From positions 1 through 61,213 of the forward strand of contig JAAEPI010000323.1 in assembly GCA_024232835.1 (NCBI GenBank): 61,213 nucleotides of DNA, written 5' to 3'. How positions within the stretch are numbered: position 1 is the stretch's first letter; each line of letters begins with the position of its first letter. This document shows positions 57,911 to 61,213 of this stretch, one piece after another. A program made the translations under genes and the position numbers. Under the pieces are notes generated by a model. It was not told the DNA's origin and did no database searches. It saw only the letters and a list, made by a program, of their open reading frames with translations. Source of the DNA: Cytophagales bacterium (lineage in GTDB: Bacteria > Bacteroidota > Bacteroidia > Cytophagales > Cyclobacteriaceae).

Positions 57911-58297
57911 ATGATCACTGCGATAACCAAAGGTGTAAAGGTGACTGTAGAGACGGAGTACATGCCAGAGTATTCTAGCCCTGCCCAGTATCATTTTGTT
58001 TTTACTTATCGAATCACGATTGAGAACGTAAGCGATCACGCTATTCGATTGGTTTCCAGACACTGGGATATTAAAGATGTGACGCATCCTAAACGGGAAG
58101 TTGATGGTGATGGAGTAGTTGGCAAGCAGCCTGTAATCGAGCCCAGAGAAGCCCATCAGTACGTTTCTGGTTGCAACTTAAAATCAGGTATTGGAAGTAT
58201 GTCCGGCCATTATACCATGGAAAAAATCATGGACGGGAAAACTTTCGAGGTAATTATTCCAGGTTTCATCATGGTGGTACCATTCAAACTCAACTAA
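57911..58297 (+). CDS. apaG: ApaG (DUF525) protein
   Basis: MITAITKGVKVTVETEYMPEYS...YRITIEN...LVSRHWDI...GVVGKQPVIEP is typical ApaG. The ATG is internal to the TTG-initiated ORF. Confidence 0.85.
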   Translation: MITAITKGVKVTVETEYMPEYSSPAQYHFVFTYRITIENVSDHAIRLVSRHWDIKDVTHPKREVDGDGVVGKQPVIEPREAHQYVSGCNLKSGIGSMSGHYTMEKIMDGKTFEVIIPGFIMVVPFKLN

Positions 58298-58301
58298 TTT
58301 T

Positions 58302-59066
58302 TTGTCTTCACCGATTTTTGCAGCTGGTAGTTATCTCAATTATTGGCTTAGAGCCAAAGGCTCTCATTCTCTGCATTCGCCTTTCCTATTCAATCTTTAC
58401 AATAAGGCGTTCAAACTTGCTCCCATCTCTTTGATACCTGATTTTGAGAAAATCAGAAGTGCTCTTTTGAAAAACGACGAGCCAGTAGATGTTGTTGATT
58501 TTAAAACAGGTCGTACCCATCTCAGAACCATTGGTAGTGTTGCCAGAACTTCTCTTAGCAAGCCAAAATTTTCAAATCTCCTCCGTCTCCTATGTGATGA
58601 ACTAAAAATTAAGACGATACTGGAAACTGGTACTTCTCTTGGCCTTAATGCACTGTACCTGTCACGGGGAAAATCCGTTGAAAAAGTAGTGAGTATTGAA
58701 GGATCAGATATCATCTACCAATTGGCCAAAAAACATTTATCGCAAACCAAGAGCATTAAACTTCGATCAGGTGATATATACGAGTTGTTTGAATCAAATC
58801 TGGTTCAGCACGAACCTGAGCTAATTTTTCTGGATGCAGATCATCGAAAGTCTGCAGTAGACTTCCATCTAAATAACATTAATCAGCATTGTCCAAAAAT
58901 TAAATGCATTGTTATCCATGATATTTATTGGTCAAGTGATATGGCAACAGCGTGGCAAGAAATTGTACAAAATCAAAATTATTCTCTGACCATCGACATC
59001 TTCCAGGCTGGAATTATATTCCCTAATCAGCAGATGGAAAAACAACATTTCACGTTGAGATTTTAA
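58302..59066 (+). CDS. class I SAM-dependent methyltransferase (O-methyltransferase-like)
   Basis: 254-aa ORF with motif I ILETGTSLGLNALYL and FLDADH. TTG start. Confidence 0.7.
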   Translation: MSSPIFAAGSYLNYWLRAKGSHSLHSPFLFNLYNKAFKLAPISLIPDFEKIRSALLKNDEPVDVVDFKTGRTHLRTIGSVARTSLSKPKFSNLLRLLCDELKIKTILETGTSLGLNALYLSRGKSVEKVVSIEGSDIIYQLAKKHLSQTKSIKLRSGDIYELFESNLVQHEPELIFLDADHRKSAVDFHLNNINQHCPKIKCIVIHDIYWSSDMATAWQEIVQNQNYSLTIDIFQAGIIFPNQQMEKQHFTLRF

Positions 59067-59100
59067 TTCACTTATTTTGCAGCCTCAAGCAAACTAAGAA

Positions 59101-60075
59101 ATGGACAAAAACGAACAATCAGAAAATACTGACAATCAAAAACAGGAGCCGCAAAATCAAGAAGAGCAACTTGAAGAATTCGTGCCGAAAAAGAGCAAAA
59201 GCATGATGCCAGTTTTAATGGGAGTCGCATTTATTCTCATGGTCGTTTTGCTTTATTTCTTTATTCAAAATAGAGGCCTGAAAGAGGAAGTAGCCGAGAC
59301 CCAGACAGAACTCAATCAAGCGGTACTACAATTGGATTCTATCGGAAGTGAATTGGATCAAAAAATACTTGAAATTACTCGCTTAGGCGGAGACGTAGAC
59401 ACCCTACTTCAAATCAAAGCTGAGCTTGAAGGCGAAAAAAGAAAACTTTTATCAACAAACAGCCGAAACAAAAATGCGATCGCCGAGCTGAAAGACAAGG
59501 TAGATGGCTATCAAGAATTGTTGATTATTAAAGACAAAGAAATCAGGGTATTGAAAGAACAAAATGAAGTCTTGCATACTGAAAACACCACATTAAAAGT
59601 GGAGAAAAATCAGTTGTCAGATTCCATCACTTCGATAGCTGAGACGAGAGATCAACTCTCAGAGCAAGTGGCTCTTGCTTCTACCCTGAAGGTAACGGGA
59701 ATGAAAATATTTGCTGTAAATAGTAAAGGGAAGGAAAAAGAAAGCGAATTTAGAAATCGTCATGTCGAGAATTTGCGGATAGAGTTTACTGTCAATGAAA
59801 ATAGAGTGGCTCCAATCGAGGGTAAAGAATTGCTCTTGCGAGTAATTGCACCAGACAATAATGTCTTATTCGATGTTACGCGTGGTTCGGGCTCTTTCAA
59901 CTACGAAGGAAGAGAAATGTTCTACACGGTTAAGAAAGAAATTCTTTATGACCGATCGAGTCAAAAAGTGACGCTGCTTTACAATAAAGGAAGCGAGTAC
60001 ACTCTTGGCAAACACTCAGTAGAAGTCTACACTGATGACTACATGATGGGCAGAGGTAGTTTTGTGATTAAGTAG
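59101..60075 (+). CDS. membrane-anchored coiled-coil protein
   Basis: 324-aa ORF with an acidic/Q-rich N-terminus, one TM helix (MPVLMGVAFILMVVLLYFFI), about 130 aa of heptad-like coiled coil, and a beta-rich C-terminal domain. Confidence 0.6.
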   Translation: MDKNEQSENTDNQKQEPQNQEEQLEEFVPKKSKSMMPVLMGVAFILMVVLLYFFIQNRGLKEEVAETQTELNQAVLQLDSIGSELDQKILEITRLGGDVDTLLQIKAELEGEKRKLLSTNSRNKNAIAELKDKVDGYQELLIIKDKEIRVLKEQNEVLHTENTTLKVEKNQLSDSITSIAETRDQLSEQVALASTLKVTGMKIFAVNSKGKEKESEFRNRHVENLRIEFTVNENRVAPIEGKELLLRVIAPDNNVLFDVTRGSGSFNYEGREMFYTVKKEILYDRSSQKVTLLYNKGSEYTLGKHSVEVYTDDYMMGRGSFVIK

Positions 60076-60147
60076 TCCACGGCTAATGGGTGTCCATAGC
60101 GAATTGGTTTTCAAACTACTTTAAGATAATCTCGTAAGCGGTCGGTT

Positions 60148-61071
60148 ATGAGAAATTACATTTGGGTTCTTTTATGTTTTTGTGCTGTGGCTTGTCATTA
60201 CAAGTTAGGAAACAATAGGGACACTACAAATCCGAAGCAAGCTTTTGAAATAGTCAAGTCAGCGAACTACGAATTAGTAAAAACGAAAGACCAGACAGGT
60301 CTATTAGTTTTATTTCCAGGTTTTGGTGAAAATTTCTCTGAAATCAAGAATGAATTCAATATCGAAGAGGCAGCCACGAGACAAGGTGTGTCCATCCTTT
60401 ACATAAACTTCAATCAACATTTATCTCTAGAGGATCATGAGCAAATTGGTCTGGCTCTATTGATCGATGAAATAATTAGTGTTAATAAATTGAATACGGA
60501 AAACATTTATATCGGAGGTTTTTCGAGTGGTGGAAATGTTAGTTTATCGTTGACCAATTATTTGATCAGAACCAAACATTCGATTAAACCGAGAGGCGTA
60601 TTTATAGTTGACTCGCCAGTTGATTTGCTCCAGCTATACTATGCCACCAAAAGAAATCTTGAGCTTGATTTCTCCGAAGCTTCGATTCGCGAAGCAAAAT
60701 GGCTATTGAATCTATTTAATTCAGATTTTGGTGATCCACAAAACGGAATCGAAAAGTATGAACAATATTCTCCTTATACGGCCACAACCTCTAATCTTAA
60801 TAATGTGACATTCTTGGATTCTCTGAGAATTAGGTTCTATACAGAACCAGATACAACATGGTGGAGAAAGAATAGGCAAAATAATCCAGAGGATTTAAAT
60901 GCTATCTATATAGAAAAGCTATCAGTAGCAATTAAACAAAAACTGGGCAATTCGAAAGTTGAGTATATTGAAACTAAAAATAGAGGCTACAGAGCGAATG
61001 GTGAACGGCATCCACATTCATGGGCAATTGTGGACGAGGATGACTTGATGAAATGGATGCTTGATAAGTGA
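60148..61071 (+). CDS. alpha/beta hydrolase lipoprotein
   Basis: 307-aa ORF with a lipoprotein-like signal (LLCFCAVAC) and nucleophile elbow YIGGFSSGGN. Confidence 0.65.
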   Translation: MRNYIWVLLCFCAVACHYKLGNNRDTTNPKQAFEIVKSANYELVKTKDQTGLLVLFPGFGENFSEIKNEFNIEEAATRQGVSILYINFNQHLSLEDHEQIGLALLIDEIISVNKLNTENIYIGGFSSGGNVSLSLTNYLIRTKHSIKPRGVFIVDSPVDLLQLYYATKRNLELDFSEASIREAKWLLNLFNSDFGDPQNGIEKYEQYSPYTATTSNLNNVTFLDSLRIRFYTEPDTTWWRKNRQNNPEDLNAIYIEKLSVAIKQKLGNSKVEYIETKNRGYRANGERHPHSWAIVDEDDLMKWMLDK

Positions 61072-61172
61072 GAACATTTCGAAACATCCCCATAACTCTC
61101 GTCCATCAGCTTTAGCCCAAAAATTCATTCACTATTTTCTAATAACACACTTCATTTCCTAGTTAATTTTCC

Positions 61173-61180
61173 TACTTTTG
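61173..61180 (+). promoter_or_regulatory. Bacteroidota -7 promoter box (TAnnTTTG)
   Basis: TACTTTTG near the right edge, presumably serving a gene that starts beyond the window. Confidence 0.3.
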
Positions 61181-61213
61181 CACCTCATTTTTAAAAACCA
61201 TTTATTAAATGAT

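Noticed and set aside
1-61213. CRISPR arrays, rRNA genes, reverse transcriptases (retron/DGR), integrases
   Set aside because: I scanned for regularly spaced direct repeats, rRNA-like conserved blocks and RT/integrase motifs (YxDD, R..H..Y) in the ORF set. None was found.

Overview
61.2-kb chromosomal segment that looks like a Bacteroidota (Flavobacteriia/Cytophagia-like) genome. Supporting signs are a T9SS type-B sorting-domain cargo protein, an sdhCAB operon with a b558-type cytochrome subunit, TAnnTTTG -7 boxes close to start codons, and several TTG starts. I call about 55 intact CDSs. Most are housekeeping: dcp, M1 and M61 peptidases, an MscS channel, kdsB, sdhCAB, fabD, cmk, ispH, ssb, ung, apaG. 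There is one tRNA-Arg(UCG). I found no rRNA, CRISPR array, intact transposase, integrase or reverse transcriptase. The clearest accessory patch is at ~35.7-42.8 kb. It holds two HEPN/MNT toxin-antitoxin pairs and a 1070-aa single-chain N6-adenine methyltransferase with a Type ISP-like C-terminal domain. That methyltransferase ORF carries two in-frame ~77-bp nested-palindrome elements, reminiscent of Rickettsia palindromic elements; I rate this the most interesting observation. Other points: an orphan CD-NTase/OAS-like nucleotidyltransferase with a degenerate catalytic triad; a four-helix-bundle (Avd/23S-IVS family) gene wedged between sdhA and sdhB; a ~105-130-bp dispersed repeat present twice in inverted orientation; and many decayed genes (DUF4190, DinB, NTF2-like, SRPBCC, an amidohydrolase relic, an IS66 remnant). 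All family assignments come from motifs read by eye. No database search was run.
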